From a virus, in the IMG/VR virus record IMGVR_UViG_3300027920_000904: a stretch of DNA of 64,000 nt; one strand, 5' to 3'. Positions 54,772-63,430 of this stretch are shown here, in pieces. A program made the position numbers and the translations under genes. The notes below the pieces were generated by a model. The model worked only from the letters and a program-made list of their open reading frames with translations, was not told the origin of the DNA and made no database searches. Every line of letters begins with the position of its first letter. The first letter of the stretch is position 1.

Positions 54772-55292
54772 GGCGTCTCCGGGTGCCGCCGGGCAACCTC
54801 GGAGGCCGCATCCTCGAAGGCGCCGACGATGCCGCTGCGCAGGGCCTCGGTGGTGGTCTGCTCGACCATGAGGTCCTGATCGTTCTGCCGCTGGCTACCG
54901 AGCAAGGATTCGAGCGTGATGGTGCGGAAGATCATCTTGGTCTCGCCGCTGGCATCCTGCTCGGCCGCGGGGACCCCCGAGCTCTGCTCGAACAGCTGTT
55001 CGACCGAGGTGGCCTCCTGCTCGTTGTCGCCGGCGACCATCCCCGAGCTCGCGGCGAGCACGGCGCCCTGGTCCTCCTGGTCGATCACGAGCCGGTCGCC
55101 GTCGGCGCTCACGCGCACGGCCTGGGCGCGCAGCGCGCCGGCGACGCCCACGCCCGGGTCGATGCGCCCGCGCAGGCGGGTCTGGAGATCCCGCGCGAGT
55201 GTCTGCCGCGCATGCTCGTTGACCTCCGCGCTGTGCTCGAGCGCGCCCGATCCCTTGGGCGAGAAGAAGATCCAGTCGTTGAACCCCGTCAC
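54768..55292 (-). CDS. hypothetical neck-region protein
   Basis: Coupled within the morphogenesis operon. Confidence 0.55.
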   Translation of the reverse strand: MTGFNDWIFFSPKGSGALEHSAEVNEHARQTLARDLQTRLRGRIDPGVGVAGALRAQAVRVSADGDRLVIDQEDQGAVLAASSGMVAGDNEQEATSVEQLFEQSSGVPAAEQDASGETKMIFRTITLESLLGSQRQNDQDLMVEQTTTEALRSGIVGAFEDAASEVARRHPETP

Positions 55293-55561
55293 GCATCCTC
55301 CTTGGACGCGTAGCCGACCATCTGGTTCGGGGTCGTGAGCGGGGTCGGCGCGCGCTTCGAGCTCGCCGGCGGCGGCTGTAGCGGCACGCCGGTCTTCAGG
55401 CCGGTCTTGGCGTTGCCGCCCTGGTACTGGTCCATCGCCGATGCGACGCCGGCGTCGTACGCACCTGCGTCCTCGTGCTGCTGCGGGAAGGCGGCGAGCT
55501 TGATCGGCCCGATGGCGAGCTTGATCATTTCGTCGGCGAAGCCGTGGAGGAAGGGTCCCAT
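55289..55561 (-). CDS. small virion/internal head protein
   Basis: Starts MGPFLHGFADEMIKLA..IKLAA; TGATG coupling. Confidence 0.65.
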   Translation of the reverse strand: MGPFLHGFADEMIKLAIGPIKLAAFPQQHEDAGAYDAGVASAMDQYQGGNAKTGLKTGVPLQPPPASSKRAPTPLTTPNQMVGYASKEDA

Positions 55562-56439
55562 CAGAACATCCGCTCTTCCTTGAGCCGCTCCCATTCTTGC
55601 ACGATCGCTCGGAGCGTATCAGGGCGAATCCGCTGGACGAGGACCTGGTACTCGACCTCGTCGCGGCCGATGGCAGAGAAGCGGCAGAGGTGCTGGATCG
55701 TCGTGCCCTGAGGCTGGATGGTGTGGACCTTCTCGACCTTCCAGAGCACGGCCGGCATGACCTCGTAGACGATGTCGCCCGGCTTGATCTGGGGGAAGGC
55801 CGAAAACCACCCGTCCTTCTCCTTCGTCTGCATCTCGCCGAAGTTGGAGACGGAGGCCAGCTTCTCGTCGGGGTTGTAGTCGACGTAGAAGGGGATCGGA
55901 TCGAAGAACGGATGCTGCCGGCCCGTGTTGAGGCAGAGCGCGCACCTCGAGGTGTCCTGTCGTCCGGTCGAGGGATTCCAGCAGGGGCAGCGCGCCGAGT
56001 CGGCGGTGCGCTCGATGAAGGCGAAGGAAGGGGTTCCTTGCAGGTAGCGCAGCACGAAGTCGTGCTGCTCGATGATGCAGAGCTCGTGCGGCCGCGGCGA
56101 CGTCTCCCAGGTTCGCGTCTCGGAGACGACGTCGCCCTCGTGGGTGGTAGCGACGACCCGGTAGTAGTACTTCCGCCACCAGCTGATCAGGTTCGGCGTG
56201 ACGTCATCGAACTCGTAGACCAGCTGGCGCGGAACGCCCTGGATCTCGGCCACGAGCTCGACGAACTCGTTGTTCGAGAACTGGGGCGAGAGCGAACGCT
56301 CGACGCGGAAGGTGACCTGGTCGAGGCCGCTGTGCTGGGTGACGATCTCCCAGCACACGAGCACGATCGCGTTGCCGTCGGGTGCCCAGCCCGGCTGCGC
56401 CACGATGATGTCGAGCCGACGGAAGGCGAGCATGGTCAC
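55561..56439 (-). CDS. head-tail joining/neck protein
   Basis: FN3-like N-terminus (FRVERS..YYYRVVA); RCPCW..RCALCLNTG; position. Confidence 0.55.
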   Translation of the reverse strand: MTMLAFRRLDIIVAQPGWAPDGNAIVLVCWEIVTQHSGLDQVTFRVERSLSPQFSNNEFVELVAEIQGVPRQLVYEFDDVTPNLISWWRKYYYRVVATTHEGDVVSETRTWETSPRPHELCIIEQHDFVLRYLQGTPSFAFIERTADSARCPCWNPSTGRQDTSRCALCLNTGRQHPFFDPIPFYVDYNPDEKLASVSNFGEMQTKEKDGWFSAFPQIKPGDIVYEVMPAVLWKVEKVHTIQPQGTTIQHLCRFSAIGRDEVEYQVLVQRIRPDTLRAIVQEWERLKEERMF

Positions 56440-56912
56440 CAGAAGTAGTTGAGCAGGGCGTACTCGGACGAGACGCCGCCGGCCATCGCGGCCGCGACGT
56501 TCAGGGAGATCTTGTAGTTCTGCTTCTTGCGTTCGTACTCGGCGACGAACTGCGCGATCCAGGACTGGTAGTTCTGGGTCTTGTCGAAGATCCTGACCGA
56601 CACGCCGCCGGAGCTGTAGGCGAGTTCGTTGCGCGACTGCAGGATGCCGGCGCTGCGCAGGACCTGGATCGTGGCCCCGTAGATCAGCATGTACAGCGAC
56701 GGGAAGGTCTCGACCTTGTAGGTCGAGATCAGGGGCGAGGTGATGTTGAAGTCGTCGACGGCCAGCGCCAGCGCCAGGTCGAGCTTCGGGTCATCCGACT
56801 CCTGGCGACGGATCAGGCGGTTGAGCTCGGGCGTGTCGTTCAAGAACATGCGCAGCAGCCGGCGCGCTTGCTGCTGCGCTCGGACCGCTGCGGTTCCAGT
56901 CGTGGTGGCCAC
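56436..56912 (-). CDS. head-tail adaptor/connector
   Basis: LRMFL.D.PELNRL..RNELAYSSGG; position after capsid genes. Confidence 0.6.
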   Translation of the reverse strand: MATTTGTAAVRAQQQARRLLRMFLNDTPELNRLIRRQESDDPKLDLALALAVDDFNITSPLISTYKVETFPSLYMLIYGATIQVLRSAGILQSRNELAYSSGGVSVRIFDKTQNYQSWIAQFVAEYERKKQNYKISLNVAAAMAGGVSSEYALLNYFW

Positions 56913-56941
56913 GGGCTACCTTCCCGGCGCCGCGCGGCGCC

Positions 56942-57496
56942 TCAGTTCTTCGACTTGCCGACGTGGAGGTTGTCGTGGAACCCCGCGACGGCCGCGCTCA
57001 CCGGCTTGGGCGTGGGGTCGACCAGGTCGGGCAGGCCGGTCTTGCTGACGACGTCGGCCTTGGTGACGGCGGAGATGCCGAGGTCCTCGTCGTCGTCGGT
57101 CGACGCGGCCAGGATCTCCGGCTCCTCCTTGTCCTCGTCCTCGGCGCCGGCGGCGCGCAGCGGGAGCACCTTGTCGTTCTTGCGGTTCTTCCCGGTCTGG
57201 ACGTCGCGGAAGCCGACCTTCTCGTTCGCCGCCGCCGCCTTCTTCGGCCGATCGTCATCGTCGTCGTCGACCTCGACCGGCTTCTTCTTCTTCGGTGGCA
57301 CGTAGGGCGGGAACGCGCCCTCCTCCACCTTGAGCTCGCCGGCGTCGACGAGCTGCTGGGTCCCCTTGTCGAGCCGGTTGACCGGCGCGGCATCGCCCGG
57401 CTGCAGCAGCCGACCCGCCTCGGTGAGGAAGATCGGCCGTGCGTGCGCGCCCGCGTCGCGCGCGCCGGAGGTGTTGGTGACTCGGTACTTGAACAT
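56942..57496 (-). CDS. hypothetical virion-associated protein with charged low-complexity tail
   Basis: Follows MCP; KKKK/DDDD tracts. Confidence 0.65.
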   Translation of the reverse strand: MFKYRVTNTSGARDAGAHARPIFLTEAGRLLQPGDAAPVNRLDKGTQQLVDAGELKVEEGAFPPYVPPKKKKPVEVDDDDDDRPKKAAAANEKVGFRDVQTGKNRKNDKVLPLRAAGAEDEDKEEPEILAASTDDDEDLGISAVTKADVVSKTGLPDLVDPTPKPVSAAVAGFHDNLHVGKSKN

Positions 57497-57503
57497 GACC
57501 GAA

Positions 57504-57585
57504 ACGGTAAGCCGGCGCGGATGCCTCGGTCAAGGCACCAGCGCCGGCTCCCTCGGAACGCTGGATCGGCTCGAGGTCGAGCGGA
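57504..57585 (-). promoter_or_regulatory. Post-capsid hairpins containing a leaderless sigma70 promoter
   Basis: Minus-strand TTGACC-18-TACCGT-7-ATG; stems agccggcgc/gcgccggct and gctcga/tcgagc. Confidence 0.5.
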
Positions 57586-58482
57586 TCAGGTCAGCGTCAT
57601 CTTGGCCGCGGCGCGCAGGTTGCCGTAGCCCATGCCGACGTACTCCCACGTCTGCCACGACACCATGTCGCCGCGCTTCTCGATGTAGAACTTGGTGTCG
57701 TTGAGGATGTAGAAGTTCCCGAGGTACTTCGGGTCGGTGAAGATGTACAGGGTGCCCGGCACCACGATCGACGACTTGATCGTCACCACCAGCTTGTGGC
57801 CGAGGATCGTGTTGTACTTGTAGCCGTTGACCAGGATCTCCGACGCCAGCGGGCTGCCGATGACGGCGCCCTCCTGGGTCATGAAGTCGTCCCAGTCGGC
57901 CTTGTGCATCAGGATCGTGCCGACGGCGAGCTCGTCGGTGTCGAGGGCCTTGAACAGCTTGACCAGGTTCTCGCTGGTCGCCGGGCCCGCGGCCGCCGGC
58001 GTGATGTTCTTGCCGTTGGCCGTGATCACCGCGTCGGTGAACTCGATGAACTTGCCGTCCTCGATCTTCTGGATGTCCTTGACCGAGTTCTCCTCGATCA
58101 CCTTGGTGACCGGGTAGTCGTAGGCCAGGAGCTCGGCCTCGTTCTTGCGGAACTTGTCCGACTCGATCTTGAAGAACGGGATCTCGTAGCGTTCGCTCTC
58201 GATGTACCGCTCGTGGGTCTTGCCCCGGAAGTTGACCGCCGCCGCCGAGCTCTGCGGCTCGATGTCGACGATCTTGACCAGGGTGTCGTGGTTGACCGAC
58301 CGCTGGCAGTCGGCCTTGGTCACGTACTCGGGCGGGAGGATGGCGCGCGCGAAGCTGACCTCGCGCAGGCGCTCGCGCACGAACGCGCCGCCCGCCTGGG
58401 CGGCCTTCTCGATGCCATCGCTGGTGTCGAGGCGCGAGACGAAGAGGTTGTTGAAGGTCGCGGCGTCGATCTGGGGATCCAT
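57586..58482 (-). CDS. major capsid protein (HK97-fold, 298 aa)
   Basis: Position after protease/scaffold; strong codon bias; RLREVSFARAILPP, KDIQKIEDGKFI, YEIPFFKI; AGGAG SD. Confidence 0.75.
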   Translation of the reverse strand: MDPQIDAATFNNLFVSRLDTSDGIEKAAQAGGAFVRERLREVSFARAILPPEYVTKADCQRSVNHDTLVKIVDIEPQSSAAAVNFRGKTHERYIESERYEIPFFKIESDKFRKNEAELLAYDYPVTKVIEENSVKDIQKIEDGKFIEFTDAVITANGKNITPAAAGPATSENLVKLFKALDTDELAVGTILMHKADWDDFMTQEGAVIGSPLASEILVNGYKYNTILGHKLVVTIKSSIVVPGTLYIFTDPKYLGNFYILNDTKFYIEKRGDMVSWQTWEYVGMGYGNLRAAAKMTLT

Positions 58483-58532
58483 CTGGGCGTCTCCTGTTGG
58501 GGTCCTGAGGGGGGTGGGTTCCGGCCGTGGCC

Positions 58533-59036
58533 TCAGAGACCCGGCGACTCGTAGTGGAGGACGCCGCTGGCGACCTCGATCACGCGCCCGACGACGCCCT
58601 GCAGCTGGCGCGCGTCCATGGTCGCGGGGTCGGGGGCGTCGAGGTAGCCGCGCTCCTCGACGGCGTCGAAGACCGCGACGAGGAGGTAGCCCGGGGCGAA
58701 GGTGCCGCCGGTGTTGTAGATCTTGGTCTTGGCCTGGTAGGTGCCGCTCAGGACGGTGATCGCCCCGGTGGCCAGGGTGTCGGTCTGGCCGTCCCCGTCC
58801 GGCACCCGGAGGGTCCAGCAGACCTTGGCGCCGAGCGCCGGCTCGTCGATGTCGTCGGCGACGGCGATCTTGGCGGCCTTGGTGACGCCGCCGCTGGTGG
58901 CGGGCTTGACCCACTCGCCCGGGTCGAAGCGCACGGTCGTGTCGACGACGAGGAGATCCTTGCGGATCAGCTCGTCACCGCCCTCGACGATCTCGAACTC
59001 GCGGGTGGCGCGGACATCCTTGGGAACGGGGAACAT
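58533..59036 (-). CDS. capsid decoration/minor capsid protein
   Basis: Beta-rich, directly upstream of MCP. Confidence 0.55.
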   Translation of the reverse strand: MFPVPKDVRATREFEIVEGGDELIRKDLLVVDTTVRFDPGEWVKPATSGGVTKAAKIAVADDIDEPALGAKVCWTLRVPDGDGQTDTLATGAITVLSGTYQAKTKIYNTGGTFAPGYLLVAVFDAVEERGYLDAPDPATMDARQLQGVVGRVIEVASGVLHYESPGL

Positions 59037-59057
59037 GTCGGTCTCCTGGGCGTGGGG

Positions 59058-59381
59058 TCAGTCGTCGGCCAGCGTGTGGAAGAACGCCGAGGTGGCGGCG
59101 TCGCCGCCGACAACGGTGCCGCCGGCGTTGGCGACCTTGCCGAAGTCCGGCAGGTCGGCGTCGAGGGAGATGGCTTCCTCGACGACCCGGAGGTCCTTGT
59201 CGAGGAGCGAAGCGACCTTCACCTGGAAGGCCTCGTAGGAGTCGAAGGGCGGGATCTTGCCCTTCTCGACGAGGGAGAAGGCGAGCTTGGTCGCGTCCTC
59301 GCGCCGCTGCGCCCGGTCCAGGGCGTCGGCTGCCTCCTTGAGGAGGTCGTCCTTGTCGTCGATCTTCGCGGTGGTCGGCAT
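59058..59381 (-). CDS. scaffold-like head protein
   Basis: Helical, K-x-A motifs, upstream of capsid genes. Confidence 0.55.
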   Translation of the reverse strand: MPTTAKIDDKDDLLKEAADALDRAQRREDATKLAFSLVEKGKIPPFDSYEAFQVKVASLLDKDLRVVEEAISLDADLPDFGKVANAGGTVVGGDAATSAFFHTLADD

Positions 59382-59457
59382 GATCTCTCCGGGTCGTGTC
59401 GATGGATCGGCTTGACCGTCGGGGAGGTGCACCGAGGCTGATCCCCTGTGCTGCCCC

Positions 59458-59485
59458 ATCGTAGAACGAGGGGGCATTACGTCAA
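59458..59485 (-). promoter_or_regulatory. sigma70-like promoter for the capsid operon
   Basis: Minus-strand TTGACG-16-TACGAT. Confidence 0.5.
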
Positions 59486-59487
59486 CA

Positions 59488-60336
59488 TCAGCTGTTGACG
59501 ACGACCACGCCGGACTTCTTCTTCTCGGGCTCGCTGCGGTTCGTGATGGCGCGGTGGGCGAGGACGCCGGCGCCGAGGTACATCGCCGGCTTCTTGGCGG
59601 CGTTCAGCTGCTCCTTGGAGAAGCCGAGCTGGTTGCCGCCGACGCTGATGCCCAGGGCCTTGTCGCCGCCGGCGCCACCGCCGGCCGCGGCCGGCTTGGG
59701 CATCGACTTCTGGATGTCCTTCCAGCCGGGCAGGTGCTGGAACCCCTTCTCGCCCTTGAGGATCTCGTGGGCGGCCTTGTCGCCGTACTTGACGCGGAGC
59801 TTGTCGAGGAACTTGGCCTTGGCGTCGTCGCCGAGCCCCTCGTACTTCCGCGCCGCACTCTGCCACTTGCGCGTGGCGAGGCCCTGCAGCATCTCGCTCT
59901 TCTCGGTGATCTTGGCGGCGCGGCCGGAGGAGAGACCGGCGCCGAGCTCGCCGAAGAAGCGGCGGATGTTCCCCTTGGCCTGCTTCTCGAGGAACTCGGC
60001 GATCTCCTCGGGCTGGTGCCCCGCCTCGAGCGCGGCCTTGATGAAGGCCGCGTCGGTGGCGCGCGCCGCGCGCGGCTCTGCGGTCTTCTCGGACCCGGCG
60101 TCGAGCGCGTCGATCTCGGCGATCGTCCGGCGGATGATCTCGACGGCGGCGGTCTTCTCGGCCAGGTCCTTGCCGTCGGACTCCGCGCGCTCCTCCGGCG
60201 TGGCGGTTGCGGCACGCCGGCAGCGCTCGGCGAGCTTGGCGAAGTCGGGCTTCGCCGCCGCCGTCTTGATGTGACGACGCCCGGCGAGATCGTTCGCGCC
60301 GGTCTCGTCGAGGAGCTTGTCGAGCGTCATGCCCAT
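59488..60336 (-). CDS. internal head/prohead core protein
   Basis: Six K-x-A motifs; basic C-terminal half. Confidence 0.6.
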   Translation of the reverse strand: MGMTLDKLLDETGANDLAGRRHIKTAAAKPDFAKLAERCRRAATATPEERAESDGKDLAEKTAAVEIIRRTIAEIDALDAGSEKTAEPRAARATDAAFIKAALEAGHQPEEIAEFLEKQAKGNIRRFFGELGAGLSSGRAAKITEKSEMLQGLATRKWQSAARKYEGLGDDAKAKFLDKLRVKYGDKAAHEILKGEKGFQHLPGWKDIQKSMPKPAAAGGGAGGDKALGISVGGNQLGFSKEQLNAAKKPAMYLGAGVLAHRAITNRSEPEKKKSGVVVVNS

Positions 60337-60364
60337 CGGAGGTCTCCTGGCGTGGAGGAAGAGA

Positions 60365-60844
60365 TCAGCGGCCCTGGTACTTGGCGACGAGGCGCGCCAC
60401 GTACTGCGGGTCCTGCGCCATCTTGGCGAGGATCTTCTTCTTCTTGGCCTTCATCTTGGCGGCCGAGGTCTTCTCCTCGCCGTCCTTCTTCTCCTCGTCG
60501 CCCTCCGAGGGCTTGCGCTCCTCGTACTCGCTCTCGTCCTCGCCCTCCTTCTTGGCCTTCTTGCCGCTCATGGCCTCGGCCATCGCCTCCTCGAAGGCCG
60601 ACTTCTTGTCGCCCTCCGACGCGCCCGGCATCGCCTCGTCGACCGCCTGCTTCACCATGTCCGCGAAGACGTGGTGGGCGAGGGTGCGACCGATGGCGTC
60701 GTAGTCCTGGGCCTGCTTGATCAGGTCGGGGTCGGCGTGGCTGATGTCCGGCTGCGCGGGGAGCCCCTGCGCGGCCCGGACCTGGGCCACCTTCTCGTGG
60801 TCGCGCGACTGCATCGCGCCGAAGACTTCCTTGAGGCTGTTCAT
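60365..60844 (-). CDS. internal head/scaffold protein
   Basis: KVA, KQA x2, KMA; charged linker. Confidence 0.6.
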   Translation of the reverse strand: MNSLKEVFGAMQSRDHEKVAQVRAAQGLPAQPDISHADPDLIKQAQDYDAIGRTLAHHVFADMVKQAVDEAMPGASEGDKKSAFEEAMAEAMSGKKAKKEGEDESEYEERKPSEGDEEKKDGEEKTSAAKMKAKKKKILAKMAQDPQYVARLVAKYQGR

Positions 60845-60891
60845 GTTCGCTCTCCGCGTGAGGGGTTCGGAAGGAGGATCAGCGATCCAGG

Positions 60892-61608
60892 TCAGGCCCG
60901 GAGGTCGCGGATCGTGGCGAACCCGACGGGGGAGCCGCCGCCCAGGCCGATCGCCGCCGCCTCGGGGTCGGTGCCGGTGCCCTGGCCGGCCGAGATGGTC
61001 TTGGTCGGGGCGAGCGAGTCGGCGTAGTTCGACTTGCCGGCGTTCGCGCCGGTCGTGTCGATCTTCTGGTCGTGGTTCGGCGAGCCGGCGAAGTTGGTCT
61101 CGACCGTGGGGAGGCCGCGCTCGCCGAGCGCGGGGGTCTTGGCGGCCGACTCGGACTCGGTGTCCTGGTTCGGCGCCGCCGACGTCATGCCCTCGGCGAG
61201 CTTGTAGAACTCGTCGGCGAAGCCGCGCGCCATGATGCGCCCGGCCGCGTCGTACTCGGCGGCGATCTTGACGATCTCGCCGTCGTCCTCCGCGGCGACC
61301 TGCTCGGCCGCCTCGGCCTCGGCGATCTTCTCCGCCATCTGGGCGAAGTCGACGTCGTCCTGGTCGTCGGCGGGCGCGCCCGCGGCGGCCGCGGCCTGCT
61401 TCTCGATGTCCTGGTTGCTGAGCGCGAGGTAGAGATCGGCGAGCGTGTTCATGGCGGTTCCTCCTCCGGAGGCGAGCTTGGTGGTGTCGCCGCCGGCGGC
61501 GGCAGGCTGACGTGCCGGCGACGCGCCGGACGCGGAACGGGTGGACGAGTCGTCGGTGGCCGAGGCCACCTTGTCGAACTTGGACATCAGATCGCCGAGG
61601 GTGGGCAT
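60892..61608 (-). CDS. internal head/scaffold protein
   Basis: KVA, KLA, KQA, KIA x2, FADEFYKLA. Confidence 0.6.
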   Translation of the reverse strand: MPTLGDLMSKFDKVASATDDSSTRSASGASPARQPAAAGGDTTKLASGGGTAMNTLADLYLALSNQDIEKQAAAAAGAPADDQDDVDFAQMAEKIAEAEAAEQVAAEDDGEIVKIAAEYDAAGRIMARGFADEFYKLAEGMTSAAPNQDTESESAAKTPALGERGLPTVETNFAGSPNHDQKIDTTGANAGKSNYADSLAPTKTISAGQGTGTDPEAAAIGLGGGSPVGFATIRDLRA

Positions 61609-61611
61609 CGG

Positions 61612-63426
61612 TCAGTTCTCCTTCATGCGGCGCGCGAGCCGATGGACCGACTCGAGGATCATGGTGTCGAGAGCGGGATCGCTCATCAGACCACCGTGCT
61701 TCGCGAATGGGTACCGCGCGCCATCACGAGGAGACATCGCAGACGCGATCCGTTCGAAGCCGCTGGCTCCGTTCTGCGATCGTTGACGTTGAACCCCTGC
61801 ATGGATGTACGCGAGTGGGATCAGTCCTGTGATCCCGGCAGTCTTGCGCTGATGGTAGGCTGGGCCGTTTTTTGCGTCAAGTCCGGCACCTGTGCCGTAC
61901 GACTCGAACTGCCTCGGCGCGCTCGCGTGTTGCGCGGCCACGGTCGCGCCGACGCCAGCACTGATCAGGAGGGGAAGCATCCAGGGGTGCTTCGCGATGG
62001 CCTTCACCGGCGTCGGCGACTTCTCGATCAACTGCGGGAAGGCGCGGCGGAAGACGAGGAACCCCGCCGCGAGCGCGAGGCTCGCTGGGACGATCCCCTG
62101 GACGCCCGACGAGAGCCGCTTCTGCTCGTCGGTCATCGGGTACCACTTGCTGTCGCGCTCGTACCCGTCGACGGCGCCGCGCTTCTCCATGCGCTCGAGC
62201 CTGGCGGCGAGGATCTCGGCGTAGCAGCTCCGCTCGGTGAGGTAGGGGCGGAGCTGGAGCGCGATCTTCTCGTTGACGTCGCGCGCGTCGAGGTGCTCGA
62301 GCTCGCGCGCCCAGGCTGGCGTCTTGCCCGGACGATGCTCATCGAAGACCAGGCGGTGCTGCGCGAGCTTGTCGGCCAACGCGGCCGCGCCCTGCTTGAC
62401 CAGGATGATCCGCTGGAACTCCTGGGGGCGCAGGTCGATGCCGAGCGCGGCAAGGGTGGCGAACACCTCGCGGAGGGGGAAGCCGGCGAGCTGGTTGAGC
62501 AGCGACGGCGGTAGCGGCATCTCCGTCGACTTGACGGCGCCGGCGTCCTCCATGAACGAGTCGACCTTCGCCTGGTCCGACGGCGTCACGCCTTCGACCT
62601 TGGTGTCGCCGGCGGGGACCTCCTTGGTCATGTCGGCGGTCTTGCGCTCGGCACTGGCCTTCTCGGCCGCGGCGAACTTGGCGTAGAAGCTCTCGCCGAT
62701 CTCCGCCGAGCTCGGACGGATCTCGTAGACGCGACCCTCGTGCGCGACCTTCTTCAGGACGTGCGACGCCTTCTCGGCGCCGATCGTGACGAAGGAGATG
62801 TCGAAGAACTTGGGGTGCCGGTTGTAGGCGAAGACCCGCCGTCCGTCCGGCAGGATCTTGTTCATCTGGTAGCGGAGGTGAGGGCAGTACTCGCCGCGGT
62901 TCTTCGCGCGGTTGTGGCAGATCGAGCACTCGTCCCAGGGCACCCGGCAGCCCATCGAGACATCCCAGTACCGGTTCGCGGCGAGGTCGCCGAGGATGTC
63001 CTGGCACTTCGAGTCGTCGACGCGGACGATCAACAGCACCCGATGCATCGTCGGGTCGTAGGCGGAGAGCGTGACCTTCTCGCCGTACGCGCGCGCCGGA
63101 TCCTTGTTGACGTGGTGCTTGAACGGGTAGGCGTAGTGCTGGAACGTCTCGTACCCGTAGTCCTTCCCCGGGTGCTCGAGCGCCTCCTTGGGGAAGTAGT
63201 CGCCGTTGACGTTCGAGCCGTAGTACTCGCCCGATCCCATCGCGTCGATCAGCAGCTGCGTCTTGCCGGAGATCGGCGCGGCGTTGCGGATGTACGACTC
63301 GATCGACGGCGGCAGCTCGCGCGCCATCTTGATGTGGCCGATCGAGCGGTCGACGTTCGCCTCGATCGGGAAGATGTGCGGCCCGGTCTGCGCGTCGTAC
63401 CCAGCGTAGGTGATCAGCTTGTACAA
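61612..63426 (-). CDS. prohead (capsid maturation) serine protease with Zn finger and long C-terminal extension
   Basis: NVNGDYF, FKHHVNKD (His), VSMGC (Ser), CSIC..YCPHL, FFDISFV..GA; TTG start with GGAGG SD. Confidence 0.78.
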   Translation of the reverse strand: MYKLITYAGYDAQTGPHIFPIEANVDRSIGHIKMARELPPSIESYIRNAAPISGKTQLLIDAMGSGEYYGSNVNGDYFPKEALEHPGKDYGYETFQHYAYPFKHHVNKDPARAYGEKVTLSAYDPTMHRVLLIVRVDDSKCQDILGDLAANRYWDVSMGCRVPWDECSICHNRAKNRGEYCPHLRYQMNKILPDGRRVFAYNRHPKFFDISFVTIGAEKASHVLKKVAHEGRVYEIRPSSAEIGESFYAKFAAAEKASAERKTADMTKEVPAGDTKVEGVTPSDQAKVDSFMEDAGAVKSTEMPLPPSLLNQLAGFPLREVFATLAALGIDLRPQEFQRIILVKQGAAALADKLAQHRLVFDEHRPGKTPAWARELEHLDARDVNEKIALQLRPYLTERSCYAEILAARLERMEKRGAVDGYERDSKWYPMTDEQKRLSSGVQGIVPASLALAAGFLVFRRAFPQLIEKSPTPVKAIAKHPWMLPLLISAGVGATVAAQHASAPRQFESYGTGAGLDAKNGPAYHQRKTAGITGLIPLAYIHAGVQRQRSQNGASGFERIASAMSPRDGARYPFAKHGGLMSDPALDTMILESVHRLARRMKEN

Positions 63427-63430
63427 GCGA

